Shown: positions 1 through 10,809 of the stretch, in pieces
Layout: every line of letters starts with the position of its first letter
How positions within the stretch are numbered: the stretch's first letter is position 1
NCBI GenBank assembly: GCA_963790475.1
Contig: CAWBOS010000001.1
Span: 192,529 to 256,528, forward strand
DNA: 64,000 nucleotides
Reading direction: 5' to 3'
Source: an uncultured delta proteobacterium
GTDB lineage: Bacteria; Desulfobacterota; RBG-13-43-22
The notes under the pieces: generated by a model
Told to the model about the DNA's origin: nothing
Seen by the model: only the letters and a program-made list of their open reading frames with translations
The model's database searches: none
Position numbers and translations under genes: made by a program

Positions 1-902
1 TCGGCCATCAGATCCCTGATTACCCGGTCAATACTTTTAATTTCTTTGATCAGGCCGGCCACCTGGCCGGCGCTCATTAGGCCTTTATTAACATCCGGAT
101 AGGTAAAAGGAGCTGATTGAGTTTTCATAAAGGCTTCAATTTCGGCAATGGACAAACCTTTTTTTCCCATATCGAGAAGCTGCAGGGTAAAAGGGTTCTT
201 TAAAACTCTTAAAAGAGCGTCGCTGTGTCCGATCAGGGTAGTATCGTTGTCCCGGGCTTCAATAATAGCTCTCTTGTAATTCTCATGGATTGTGGCTTCT
301 GTAGTGGCCAGAAAGCGTGTCCCCATTTGTATTCCCTCCGCGCCAAGGGATAAAGCGGCCACCAATCCTCGCCCATCGGCGATACCGCCGGCGGCAATCA
401 CCGGTATTTTAACCTGTTCAACAACCTGGGGTATCAGAACCAGGGTAGTAATTTGATCAAACCCACCATGACCTCCCGATTCAGTACCCTCGGCGATGAC
501 CGCGTCTACTCCAGCCTCTTCCGCCTTCCTGGCCAGCCTGACTGATGGAACCACATGCAATACCTTGATCCCGTTTTCTTTGAACACCCTGATGAATTTC
601 GCCGGATCTCCGGCGGAAGTTGTGACTACAGGAATCTTCTGCTCTAAAACCAGATCAACCATTTCGGGAGCGTTTTTTCGACGTACAGAGATATTGACCG
701 CGAAAGGTTTATGGGTGATCCGGCGGACATTCATGATTTGTTGCCTGAGCATGTCTTTGGGAGCGGAGGAGCCAGCCAGAGTTCCAAGACCGCCCGCCAT
801 TGAAACCGCGGCTACCATTTCCGACATACTAATGAACTGCATGGCCCCTTGAATAATGGGATATTCTATGCCCAACAGATCGCATATCCTGGTCTTTTTC
901 AT
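1..902 (-). CDS. Nitronate monooxygenase / FabK-like enoyl-ACP reductase family (runs off window start)
   Basis: Not in the ORF track. Reverse strand from ATG at 902 reads MKKTRICDLLGIEYPIIQGAM...EGTESGGHGG...IAAGGIADGRGL...GIQMGTRFLAT, the FMN TIM-barrel NMO/FabK motifs. Confidence 0.85.
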   Translation of the reverse strand, partial: MKKTRICDLLGIEYPIIQGAMQFISMSEMVAAVSMAGGLGTLAGSSAPKDMLRQQIMNVRRITHKPFAVNISVRRKNAPEMVDLVLEQKIPVVTTSAGDPAKFIRVFKENGIKVLHVVPSVRLARKAEEAGVDAVIAEGTESGGHGGFDQITTLVLIPQVVEQVKIPVIAAGGIADGRGLVAALSLGAEGIQMGTRFLATTEATIHENYKRAIIEARDNDTTLIGHSDALLRVLKNPFTLQLLDMGKKGLSIAEIEAFMKTQSAPFTYPDVNKGLMSAGQVAGLIKEIKSIDRVIRDLMA

Positions 903-935
903 TTGAAATCCCTTTGTCTACCAAACTTTAAAGAA

Positions 936-1739
936 TTATCTTCCTTTAAATTCAGGCTGCCTTTTCTCCAGAAATGATTTTATCCCTTCCCGATAATCTT
1001 CCGACTCGATGCATATCCTTTGGGCATATAGTTCGTATTTCAGCATAGATGACAAATCCGTTCCCATGGCTTTGTAGATAGCCCTCTTGGCTAAACCCAT
1101 GGGGATGGGGGCCCCATTGGCCAGCTTAAGAGCAAATTCTTTGGTCGTTTCGGTTAACTTTTCCTGAGGGACCCGTTTATTCAGGAGGCCTATTTTTTCA
1201 GCCTCCACGGCGTCAATGACCTCCCCGGTAAAGATTAATTCACAGGCCTTAGAAGGTCCAACCAGATGGGGCAAAAAGAAGGTTCCCCCCCAATCCGGAT
1301 GCAAGCCTCGCCTGACGAAAACCTGTCCAAACCTGGCTTTGTCGGACCCTATTCTGATATCACAGGCCAGAGCCAGATTGCATCCTCCTCCGGCGGCGAC
1401 TCCGTTTACCGAGGCTATGACCGGTTTGGCCATTTGTCGGATGGTGATTACTATTAGATTACCCAGATCCTGAGGAGATTTCACCTTGAGGGATGGATCG
1501 GCCAAAGGGGATTGAAATTTTCTGGCGGCCATATCTTCCACATCTCCTCCCGAGCAAAAGCCTTTTCCCGCTCCGGTAAAAACAAGGACGTTTGTGTCCA
1601 GGTCTTTGGCGGCTTCCTGAGTAGCCCTTAGAATCTCCCAGCGCATGGTCATATTCAGAGCGTTCAATTTTTCCGGACGGTTCAAGGTAATGGTCGTGAC
1701 CCTGTTTTCTTTCTCCACAATGATGCATTCGTAACCCAT
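936..1739 (-). CDS. Enoyl-CoA hydratase/isomerase (crotonase, PaaG-like)
   Basis: LNRPEKLNAL, FCSGGD, AAGGGCNLALACDIRI, GLHPDWGG and EKRQPEFKG crotonase motifs. Confidence 0.9.
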   Translation of the reverse strand: MGYECIIVEKENRVTTITLNRPEKLNALNMTMRWEILRATQEAAKDLDTNVLVFTGAGKGFCSGGDVEDMAARKFQSPLADPSLKVKSPQDLGNLIVITIRQMAKPVIASVNGVAAGGGCNLALACDIRIGSDKARFGQVFVRRGLHPDWGGTFFLPHLVGPSKACELIFTGEVIDAVEAEKIGLLNKRVPQEKLTETTKEFALKLANGAPIPMGLAKRAIYKAMGTDLSSMLKYELYAQRICIESEDYREGIKSFLEKRQPEFKGR

Positions 1740-1882
1740 CTTTATCTCCTTAGGCTAATAGAAATTGCCTCAAGAATAGAGTTGAATATGGTAAACTTTT
1801 CATCGAAAACCATAAGCTAAGTCTGTTCTGCAGGGCCTTTACTCCACCGGTTTCCACTTCGGTCCGCCTAACGCGCTTGGAT

Positions 1883-2881
1883 TCAGGACCTGTCCCCCGG
1901 CCCTAATGAGAACAGGATCCGTCCGGCCTCATCTCTTTTGTTGATTTTCCCTTCGGCCTCCAGATAATCAATATGGGCCATGGTTTCGCCAAGGGCGAAC
2001 CATTTTTGAACCGGGGGAAAGTCTTCCCAGGATCGAAAATTAATATCCCAGGTGATATAGGGGGCGATCTGCCAGGCGGTTTTTTCTCCTTCTTTCAAGG
2101 CCTCCAGAACTTCATCCAATCTATCCCGATGATGTTCCTGAAGCTCATCAATCCTTTTCTGGTGATCCGTTATGAGGTTGCGGTGCCCCGGTAAGACGAG
2201 GTCGATCTCAAGATCATAGATCTTTTTCAGATTCGTAAGATAGGATTTAAGGGAATTTTCCAGTTCAGCCCAATTGGTGATGTTGGGGGTAATGTCAATC
2301 AGGATGTGGTCTCCTGAGATAAAAAGCTTTTTTTGGGGTTCATAAAGACACATATGGCCGGGAGAGTGTCCGGGCGTATCAATGCAGGTAAAGGCATAAT
2401 CATTGATCCGTATTCCGTCCCCTTCTTTTAATTGGGTAAAATCCACCTTTCGCTGAGGGCTGTAGCGATACCCCGGATGATTTTCCATGGCCGTTTTCAA
2501 CTCCTCTTCCGGAAAACCGCTGGAGATATAAAATTTCATAATATCGGCGCGTCGCTCTTCGGACGATTTTGCATTACCGGATATAACCCTGGCCTCCGCC
2601 TGGCTGAAATAGACCGTCGAAGTATCGGTTGCCAGATGGCCGATCAGTCCGAGATGGTCGGCGTGCAGGTGGGTGATAAAAAAATCCGTTTTGTTCAGGT
2701 CCACTTCCAGCTCCTTGAGACAGGAGCGCATGGCCTTAAGACAGGTTTCACGGTTCATCCCGGTATCGATAATCAAAAATCGATCCTCACCTCTGATCAA
2801 ATAGGAATTCACGGCTTTTAGAGGGCTTCTCGGAAGGGGAATTTCAAGCTTGTACAAATCATCAAATATCTTTTCAATCAT
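1883..2881 (-). CDS. MBL-fold metallo-hydrolase with C-terminal winged helix
   Basis: THLHADH, TPGHSPGH, SGDH and PGH motifs. Confidence 0.9.
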   Translation of the reverse strand: MIEKIFDDLYKLEIPLPRSPLKAVNSYLIRGEDRFLIIDTGMNRETCLKAMRSCLKELEVDLNKTDFFITHLHADHLGLIGHLATDTSTVYFSQAEARVISGNAKSSEERRADIMKFYISSGFPEEELKTAMENHPGYRYSPQRKVDFTQLKEGDGIRINDYAFTCIDTPGHSPGHMCLYEPQKKLFISGDHILIDITPNITNWAELENSLKSYLTNLKKIYDLEIDLVLPGHRNLITDHQKRIDELQEHHRDRLDEVLEALKEGEKTAWQIAPYITWDINFRSWEDFPPVQKWFALGETMAHIDYLEAEGKINKRDEAGRILFSLGPGDRS

Positions 2882-3029
2882 GTTCTCTCCTTATAAAATT
2901 ATAATTTTCAAACTGGTGTCGGTTTTCATGAACCGTTATCGAATCCATTTGTGTTTTTAATTCATTGTGATCTTACTGTCAAGCCTGCCGTCAACCCTAT
3001 CTTTCTCCTTGACCGTGTTTCCTCTTTTC

Positions 3030-3470
3030 TTATACTCTTTCCATCAAAAAGGAAATTCTTGTTAGACTTCCCGGCGATCTATCCTTCTCGATGCCGTTCA
3101 AGGACTGCCGGGCCACAAAGACCGTCATGGGCACAACCTCGGCGCTGGGCAGTGTAAGACCCGAACGGATAATAATGCGAAAGGCATCCTTAATCGGATT
3201 AATCTGTTCAGCGGTATAACCATTTCGTTGCAAACCGATTTTGTTGACGCGCGAATCTCTGAGGGGGACCCATCGGCAATACAATAGGCAAAATATCTTT
3301 CGCCACCCCGTTGAATCCACCAATAAAGGCGAATTTTCCGATCCGGGCAAACTGAATAATGCCGGTTTTAGCGCCCACATAAGCATAATCGTCGATCTGC
3401 AGGTGAGCAGCCATTTTGGAATCGCTACTGATAATAACATGATTGCCCACATACAATCGTGGGCATTTAA
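3030..3470 (-). pseudogene. lpxA: Frameshifted C-terminal fragment of LpxA-like UDP-GlcNAc acyltransferase
   Basis: AHDC / VGNHVII...IIQFARIGKFAFIGG...KDILP / N.IGLQRNGYT.EQI..IKDAFRII are spread over different frames; no N-terminus. Confidence 0.65.
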
Positions 3471-3800
3471 TTCAAAATGGAGATTTGCGGAGGAAGAGAG
3501 TTTTCAAAAAGTTTCCTATCTCCTTAAAATAAGACCTCATTCCCCCAATTATTCCCTCGAAAACCTCCAGAGTTCGAATGGTAATCAATTAGATAACCAG
3601 ACTATTTCCCATAAATGATATCCATTTTGTTGGGTTTTTACAGTTGTTGGGGTTGCCTCCATTACGAAGATTTCGAATGGATATAAATCGGCACACGGAT
3701 CAAAGCACAGGATCCCTTTTTGCTTCTTCCCCCTGCTCTTTGAACTTTTCAGGGGGATTCTCTCTATATATTAATAAATAGCGATGGATACCGACTGATA

Positions 3801-4643
3801 TCACTTTCCCGGTTTCCACTCCTGAACAGGTCTCCCTTCCGCTTCCAGCATTTCCTTCAGGCTCTCTCTAAATGACGGCCAGTCGAAAGGTTCGTCCCAT
3901 TCGTAGGAGAGATCGACGATTTCACCCGGACTTGTTACCGTAACGAGAAGGTTTAGCGCATCCATGAGAATACCCTTTTGCATGACACTATCGTTAGGCC
4001 TGCCGCATTGATGGCCGAGCGGGAAATTGACAAAAGCGGTCCTGGGTGGCTTGATCTGGGCCATCATACAAAGGCAGGAGCCGAGATATATAGTGGAAAT
4101 CCCCGCTTCTTCAATAGTTCGGGCGATCAGTCCGACCGACTGATGATCGAGCGGTCAGGCCGCAATGAGAAGCACCGCATCGGTATCCTGCTCCCTGAGC
4201 ACCTCGACTATCCGGGGGACGGTCTCCGTCTGCAAGGCCGTCCGCTTGTACAATCTCCCCATTCCGAGGGTGATGGCTGTAGGTGCCAGACGCCCGATAA
4301 ACCCCTCCCTCTCTAATTCTCTGAGCCGCTCCAGGGGAAAGACACAATTCAGGTCCTTCAGGGCATCCCGGTGATCAAAATAATTATGATGAAGTTTGAG
4401 TCTGGTAATGGGAGTATTTTTCGGAATCTCTCGAAAGCTCAGGTCGTTCACCGCCCAGGGATCAAAGGGCTCCTGATCCTCCCTGAAAATACCTGCTGAA
4501 CTGATGAGGGCCAGCGTTGCCTCTCTGAGAGGTTTCTTAAAGGAAGTCCAGGGACTGGAATCAAATACGGACCAGCGATAGGGTGGAAATCCTTGACTCT
4601 GATACATGGCATTGAGACCGGATACGTAATCTACGGGTTTCAT
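3801..4643 (-). CDS. Selenoprotein, glycine/sarcosine/betaine/D-proline reductase selenoprotein B (GrdB/PrdB)-like, ~280 aa, Sec at TGA 4157-4155
   Basis: ORFs 4155-4643 and 3801-4067 are in the same frame. Read-through gives DAVLLIAA-U-PLDHQSVGLIARTIEEAGISTIYLGSCLCMMAQIKPPRTAFVNFPLGHQCG; DLNCVFPLERLREL family motif; SECIS-like hairpin follows. Confidence 0.85.
4126..4144 (-). promoter_or_regulatory. Bacterial SECIS-like hairpin
   Basis: mRNA ATCAGTC-GGTCG-GACTGAT: 7-bp perfect stem, G-starting loop beginning ~18 nt after the UGA. Confidence 0.65.
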
Positions 4644-4775
4644 CTCTTCCCTCCCTTATGAGTCTATTAATATCTTAAAGATTATAAGCCCATTTCCCGG
4701 GCGACGGAATGGCTGAAGCCCTCCATTTCCTTGCTGGCTGCTTGTAGCTCAGCTGTTTACTCCTGGACTCGCTGA

Positions 4776-5717
4776 TCAATTTCGCCGTTCAATCGGTGTC
4801 TTAAAAAACTTCTTCAACAAGTCAGTGAATTCCGAGGCATGATTCAAGTAGGAGAAATGCCCCGCATTGTGAAAGATAAATACTCTCGCGCTCGAATAAG
4901 TTGTTTTCAACGCTTCACGCAAGGCTGGCTCCACCAAGGGGTCGTTGTCTGATTCGATGATCATCACCGGAATACCAAGCGACTGGACATTGGGCGCGAC
5001 AAAAGGCTGAACAACACAGCGATAACGTCCCACCACCTGAGCCTTGCTCATGCGGCCACTACCGATCTCATTTAAAAAAGCCAGGGTTAATTCATCGTTG
5101 CCCGAGGCGGGATAGATGCTATTTTTAAAACTTCCTCGAAAAACATTTATCACGAGCCACTCAGGAAGATACGGAAGCAGTACACCAATGGTTTTATTCT
5201 TCTCAGCGATAATTTTATTGGGCGGAAAGGTATTGGCCAAAACGGCACGCAAAATACGACTGGGATGTTGCGCCACCAAATACTGGGCAAAATAACCGCC
5301 CAAGGATGTGCCGACAAGATCAACTTTGTCAACCTTTTCGTGGTCCAGGATCTTCAAAATTCCCTTACTCATTTTTTCCAGCGAATTCACAGCCGGGTAA
5401 GTAACAGAGATGATGCGGCAATCTTTTTTTAACGATTCGATCTGCTGCCACCAAATATCGTAACTGCCAGTCATCCCGTGCAGAAACAGAATAGGTTCCT
5501 GCCCGCTGCCGACGATGACATAATCCCATTCGATACCGTCAACATATACAGCCTTCATCGGATATGTTTCTCGAAACGAAACGAGGGATTGCGTGGTTTC
5601 CGGGTTGGCTTTTGCATAAAGTTGAGCAAAGGGTAGTCGTTGAACCGGGATGAAATAAATTCCCGCCAGCCCTACCACAATAATTAAGGGAATGATCCAT
5701 GTCAGGTTTTTAATCAC
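4776..5717 (-). CDS. Alpha/beta hydrolase with N-terminal membrane anchor
   Basis: FLHGMTG, GTSLGG nucleophile elbow, DPLV, AGHFSY. Confidence 0.85.
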   Translation of the reverse strand: MIKNLTWIIPLIIVVGLAGIYFIPVQRLPFAQLYAKANPETTQSLVSFRETYPMKAVYVDGIEWDYVIVGSGQEPILFLHGMTGSYDIWWQQIESLKKDCRIISVTYPAVNSLEKMSKGILKILDHEKVDKVDLVGTSLGGYFAQYLVAQHPSRILRAVLANTFPPNKIIAEKNKTIGVLLPYLPEWLVINVFRGSFKNSIYPASGNDELTLAFLNEIGSGRMSKAQVVGRYRCVVQPFVAPNVQSLGIPVMIIESDNDPLVEPALREALKTTYSSARVFIFHNAGHFSYLNHASEFTDLLKKFFKTPIERRN

Positions 5718-6446
5718 ACCAGACTCCTGTTCAATTTGACAAGAAATTTCTTTTTGATGGAACGAGTATAAAACAAGGAAAAAACAGGATCAAGAAAGAA
5801 AATCCGGCAATAAGTTTGATCCAAATTATAAACCAGTTTTTGTTTGACAAGAACGGTATCTACAAGTCCCCGACTATAGCCCCAAATTTATTAATTACCA
5901 TTCGAAATCCACAAAAAGAGGCTGGGCTATTTTGGTTGATCCATTCGGTTAGATTTCCCCCCGGAGAGAAGGATGGCGGATCAGCATCGGTTCCCCAGGA
6001 GCGGGAACTGTCTACCACATACCTGTAAAAATTTTTCAGATAAAGAAATTATCCTTCAGCTATTATTTGAACTTGAGGCTCTTGACGATTTTTCTCGCTG
6101 CATCGTAATCAAATAGACTACTCGGACTCCCAGCTTCCTTTATACGAAGAATTCTTTAATAATGATTTTGAAGTTTCTGTAGATTACCCCACCGTTTAAG
6201 GAAGATTCGGGAAGCAGAGGAGTGGTTCGCTCAAATTTGGGTAGTTCTCCTCTCTTCTTCCTCTCTCATCCTTCTTTATTTGTAAAATCCACCACGATCA
6301 GGCCCCATTTTTTTAAGAAGACTACCCCTCCCATTGCCTTTGGACCTATTTTTCCCTTGACCGACTTCTTTCCCTTTTTTATACTCTTACCAATAAAAAG
6401 CAATTTTTTATCATTCGATGATTTTGGGGCGATGAAAGGACAGTTG

Positions 6447-7079
6447 ATGAAGAGTGTTGACGATCGTGCTGCGGATTTTCCCCGGATGACAGTGGGGGTG
6501 ATGGGCTCTGCCGGAGGTACCCTGGACGAGGCGGTCCGCGGAAAAGTCTACCGGTTGGGCCAGGCCATTGCCACGAGGGGGTGTGTGCTGATCACCGGGG
6601 CTTGCCCCGGGCTGCCCCATGAGGCTGTCAAAGGGGCCAAGCAGGCCGGGGGAATCGTGGTGGGGATTTCCCCCGCACTAAATTTGGAGGAGCACGTCCG
6701 CAAGTATAGCTCACCCAGTCGGGGGTATGATGCCATCGTATATACCGGAAGCGGCCTGATGGGACGGGAAGTGGAGAACATTCGCAGCTGCGATGTGGTC
6801 GTCTTCGCCGGAGGCCGGTCCGGAACGCTGGGTGAGTTTGCCATTGCCTACGACGAAGCCAAAGTGATTGGTGTACTGCAGACAACCGGAGGGATTACTG
6901 AACATCTGAGAGACATCATTGCCATGATGAACAAGGATACGGGTGCTCTGGTCTGCTATGATACCGACCCCGATGGGCTCCTCGATCAGTTGGAGGAAAT
7001 CTATGTCAGGGTGATCAAACCTCGGCACTTGAAGGTGACGGAGGGCGCCGATCCGGATGGGGAGCTTTCGCCTTTCTGA
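6447..7079 (+). CDS. LOG/YpsA-like Rossmann-fold nucleotide-binding protein (SLOG superfamily)
   Basis: VGVMGSAG, LITGACPG, GRSGTLGEF motifs; ATG 6447 follows an AAAGGA RBS. Confidence 0.8.
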   Translation: MKSVDDRAADFPRMTVGVMGSAGGTLDEAVRGKVYRLGQAIATRGCVLITGACPGLPHEAVKGAKQAGGIVVGISPALNLEEHVRKYSSPSRGYDAIVYTGSGLMGREVENIRSCDVVVFAGGRSGTLGEFAIAYDEAKVIGVLQTTGGITEHLRDIIAMMNKDTGALVCYDTDPDGLLDQLEEIYVRVIKPRHLKVTEGADPDGELSPF

Positions 7080-7248
7080 TCTTCGACGACTGCCGATCGA
7101 CTTGCCGACTCTTTCCTTAATTGAGGACTTCAGAAAACAATTCGTCGAATAGCCCTCGATCCCCTTAAGAAAAGCCTCCGGATTGTGCTGTAAATCTGGT
7201 CAAAATCGCAAGATTTCGAATGACAATCATTCAGAAATTCACCGCGTA

Positions 7249-7953
7249 ATGGATCGATTATCCCGGTCGGGCGTGATTTACCCGGAAGGATATGAAGCAG
7301 AGTTGATTCGTAAGTATAAAAAAGAGGGCGTGCGATACCCGCGCATCCTGCAGCGAATAGGCGAGCCGAATATCCGTAAGCATCCACAATACCGGAAAAT
7401 TCTGCAAATGCGAGGAACTCTGTTGGATTATGGTTGTGGGACCGGCGATGACATTCGTGTGCTGGTAGACGACGGATATCCAGGCAGTCAAATCGTCGGA
7501 TACGACGTCAATTGGGATAGTATTAATCTGGGATTCGATTTTTACTTAGACCCCGAAAGGCTAAAGGTACAATTCGTTGTGGACCGCCAGTTTCCCTTTC
7601 CCCCTCCTAATTTTGATCTCATCTATTCTGGGTCGGTATTGCATGTGTTAGTGACCAAACGCGCCATCCGGAAGTACTTGACCAATGTATTTGCGACCCT
7701 AACCGACTGCGGCACCTTTTTCGGGTCAACGCTTAATTTTGGGCAAGGTATACCGAAAAATATTTCGAAAAAACCAATACCAATAGAGTGGCGCCGACGG
7801 AGATGGCACTGGCTCCGCTGGTTAGCACGATGGATCACATTCCTCTCAAAAGAAGGATTGCAAAAAGCATTCGAAGAAACGGGGTTTGTAGAAATCGAGA
7901 TTACCCTTGACGCCTCTTATCGTCGGCTTTGGTTTTACGCAAAAAAACCATAA
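7249..7953 (+). CDS. Class I SAM-dependent methyltransferase
   Basis: LLDYGCGTG motif I, FDLIYSGSVLH; start position uncertain. Confidence 0.8.
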   Translation: MDRLSRSGVIYPEGYEAELIRKYKKEGVRYPRILQRIGEPNIRKHPQYRKILQMRGTLLDYGCGTGDDIRVLVDDGYPGSQIVGYDVNWDSINLGFDFYLDPERLKVQFVVDRQFPFPPPNFDLIYSGSVLHVLVTKRAIRKYLTNVFATLTDCGTFFGSTLNFGQGIPKNISKKPIPIEWRRRRWHWLRWLARWITFLSKEGLQKAFEETGFVEIEITLDASYRRLWFYAKKP

Positions 7954-7981
7954 TTCGCCTATGCACCGCTGAGGATTATTT

Positions 7982-8946
7982 TTAGTGAAAGGAGCCGCAG
8001 GTCCTTTCAAAATGATCTTCATAGACTTGCTCCATGGTTTCAAGGTTCTCTTCGAAGCAATGGTAGCCAGATGATTGTTGAGGGCGTCGAGAGCAATATA
8101 CGGGTGCGGGCACAGGCATGTGCCAAAGATTAAAGATTGCCCGGAGAAGGTATCCGTTAGGAGAATGCCCAACTGGCTGTCTGATCAAGGCTCGTAATAA
8201 ATCGGCTTCAGATCCGAAGTGACTAATGGCCAGAAGGGCGTCCTGTTTATATCGGTCGGCCTTTTCTTTTACCTCCTCCAAACCAATGAGTTTTAATGCC
8301 GTTTTTTTATTCATATCCATTTTAACGTTTTTCCCCACCTCCTGGACCTCAGCCATTGCATCGGCCACATCATCCAGCAGTTGGTAAGAAAGTTCCAATT
8401 TAAGACCGCATTCATATAATGAATCCGCCTGGCCAGGACCGGCCCCGCAGATGACAGCTCCGGCCTTGGCGGCCATAGCATATAAGGTCCCGCTTTTCAA
8501 GTGATAACACATCAGCGTTCCTTGGATAGGGTCGATATCATCTAACGGAAGGATATCCAGTGATTGTCCCTGGACCATGGCTAAGCCGGCTTCGGAAAGG
8601 GCCAAGGCGGCCTTAAGTCGCTGCCCATTCGTACTCCCGAGGTCTGAAAGGCTGATTTTATAGGCCAGGGAGACTAAATATACCGGGGTCAAATCAAGAC
8701 CCGGTGAGGACAGGGTTTCCCTCGGCGAATTCTGGCATTGTCCATGAAGGGAAGATCATCCAAGATGAGTGAAGCGCCATGGGCCAGTTCAACTCCGCAG
8801 GCACCGGGAAGAACCTTCTCGTGGACCTGTGGGTCGAAGATCAGTCCGGAGGCTATAGCCACCATAGCCCTCCATCGATGCCCGCCGTCTAAGATTGTAT
8901 ATCTGGCCACTTGATTCACTTCCGAATCCGGCTGGGAATCAAACAA
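7982..8946 (-). pseudogene. Polyprenyl (GGPP/FPP) synthase, frameshifted/split
   Basis: GGHRWR, SLILDDLPFMDNARIRRGKP (FARM) in one ORF; MVQGQSLD, LKSG, YQLLDDVAD (SARM) in the next; N-terminus appears truncated. Confidence 0.75.
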
Positions 8947-9015
8947 CCGTCCTCTTTATTCATGGGATGTCTCTTTAACGACGAATCATCTATCGGCAAC
9001 TTATAAATTGCTCTG

Positions 9016-10293
9016 TTATAATCGTTGAATTAAATAAAAAAAGACAGGAAGTTGACTCTGATTTTTTATTTCAAAAAATTGTGGTAATAATTCACGTTTT
9101 TTGGGACTATCCTTTATCGGGGATAGGTATATAGCCCCTTTCCCTTTTGAAGGAACCGATGCGTCTCCAAGTAGCTCGGCCAGGGATTGATAATGTTCGG
9201 GGCGAAGTGTTTTTCCCATAAGAAAATTGCCTGTAATTTCTATATTGGGATAGGTAGCATTAATTTCGAGCATCTTCATGAAAGCCTCTTGAACCATGGA
9301 TGCAGATATAGGTTTACCAATAAATTTCAGGGTCGGCGGGTCTATCGATTCGAAACCGATGTTGATATAGGTATAATAGGGTAGGGAACTTATCTTTTCA
9401 AATAATGCACTTTCCGATTTTAGAAAAGAGTCCACGCTTCCAAAAAAGAATAACATAGGAGTGTTTGTGCGTGTGCCTTCAAAGCCAAAAATCCTGCCGG
9501 CCTCAGAACCGGTCAGATAGATCAATTCATCCCCGGCTGCCAGTGCGTCATGATTCCCCAAAAACAGGGCGTTATAATTTTCGAGATTGCGACCATAAAG
9601 AATTTTTAATTGTCGAATCTGTTCAAGAATATCGGTTCTGGATCGCGCCTGAAATTTTTGCGCCGTTTTAACACAACAAAAGCTGCAATGATAAAGACAT
9701 CCGTCTGCGATCATAAGAGGGATGATCTCATAATCGACCTGTCGGGTATCCGGTGGCAGAACCGACACCCGCCCGCCTATAATCGCATTCAATCTTTGTG
9801 ATCGTTCATAGAGTACTTTGTCATCATTGCTTAAAATGAGGGCCATTAAATCTTTGACTTTAGGATGTAACCCATCTTTTCTCGCGCCATATAGATCGCC
9901 ATACAATTGTGACCAGGCGGCAAAGGCATTCATTATTTTCGGATTTGAGAAATAGTTGATTTCCCAAATCGAGTTGCTCGAATAGGGAAGACAAGGCAAA
10001 TAATATTCGCCCATCCAGGAAATAATTCCTTTTTCACCGCTGGTGTCACCGAGGGAATAATACACCCAGTCATTACCGTCAGTCCGCTTCAACTGTTCGG
10101 CGGGATGAGGCCAATTTACATTAAGACCACGGATGAACTTAATTTCTCCATTTAAATTGAACCGGAATTCGTATTCCGATGTTGTTATCTCTGAATATTT
10201 TCCATATCGAAGCGGAAAACTCGACTTTGCAATAGTTCTGGGGGCTTGCTTTTCCACGCTGATAGCGAAGTTACTTGAGTTGGGAGATACCAT
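9016..10293 (-). CDS. Radical SAM protein with uncharacterised N-terminal domain
   Basis: CLYHCSFC (CxxxCxxC), INIGFES. Confidence 0.8.
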   Translation of the reverse strand: MVSPNSSNFAISVEKQAPRTIAKSSFPLRYGKYSEITTSEYEFRFNLNGEIKFIRGLNVNWPHPAEQLKRTDGNDWVYYSLGDTSGEKGIISWMGEYYLPCLPYSSNSIWEINYFSNPKIMNAFAAWSQLYGDLYGARKDGLHPKVKDLMALILSNDDKVLYERSQRLNAIIGGRVSVLPPDTRQVDYEIIPLMIADGCLYHCSFCCVKTAQKFQARSRTDILEQIRQLKILYGRNLENYNALFLGNHDALAAGDELIYLTGSEAGRIFGFEGTRTNTPMLFFFGSVDSFLKSESALFEKISSLPYYTYINIGFESIDPPTLKFIGKPISASMVQEAFMKMLEINATYPNIEITGNFLMGKTLRPEHYQSLAELLGDASVPSKGKGAIYLSPIKDSPKKRELLPQFFEIKNQSQLPVFFYLIQRL

Positions 10294-10351
10294 TTTTTTG
10301 CCTCAGTTTGATTCCTGGAACATCTTTTGTATAGGATATTTGGGGCTATTT

Positions 10352-10525
10352 GGGGTCGGGCCTGTTGGTCCACGACAAGTTATTGAGTGGCACGTTATGA
10401 CTCCTAGAAATGGGCATTTTCGGGGCCTATAGTCTTTTTTAACCTCGAAAAGAGCCTTATAGTGAGCGGCTCCCGCTTTGAGATGATACCCTTCGCCGTC
10501 TTCTATGACCTTTCCCCTTTGGCTC
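10352..10525 (+). repeat. Repeat family A, truncated copy 1 (MITE-like)
   Basis: Aligns by eye with 11109-11280 and 13360-13525 (CCACGACAAG..AGAAATAGGC..GGGCCTATA..AAAAGAGCCTT..GAGATGATACC). Confidence 0.7.
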
Positions 10526-10553
10526 CAAATATGAAATATGGATTAATCCGAAT

Positions 10554-10809
10554 TTAATGCTGGGGGATGAGGGATCGAAGTGCCTTATTCACCGATTCAG
10601 GGTTTGGAAAATGTATTTTTACGTCGGGGTCAAGCATAATAGCCCTCCTCCTGGGAAAAATACTGAATCAATTTAGTCCCATCCTTTTTGTTTACTGTGA
10701 CGGTATGTCCTTCATGATAGGCTTTATAATGCTTTCCCCTAATACCCTTTGACCAATCATACTCTTCCCTCATGGCGATTTCATTTGGATCTTGCTTAGC
10801 CTTTTTCAT
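10554..10809 (-). pseudogene. BrnA-like antitoxin, frameshifted
   Basis: MREEYDWSKGIRGKHYKAY, then IMLDPDVKIHFPNPESVNKALRSLI in a shifted frame. Confidence 0.7.

Noticed and set aside
5816-6220. Short ORFs and possible gene remnant
   Set aside because: Multiple stops and no family recognisable by eye
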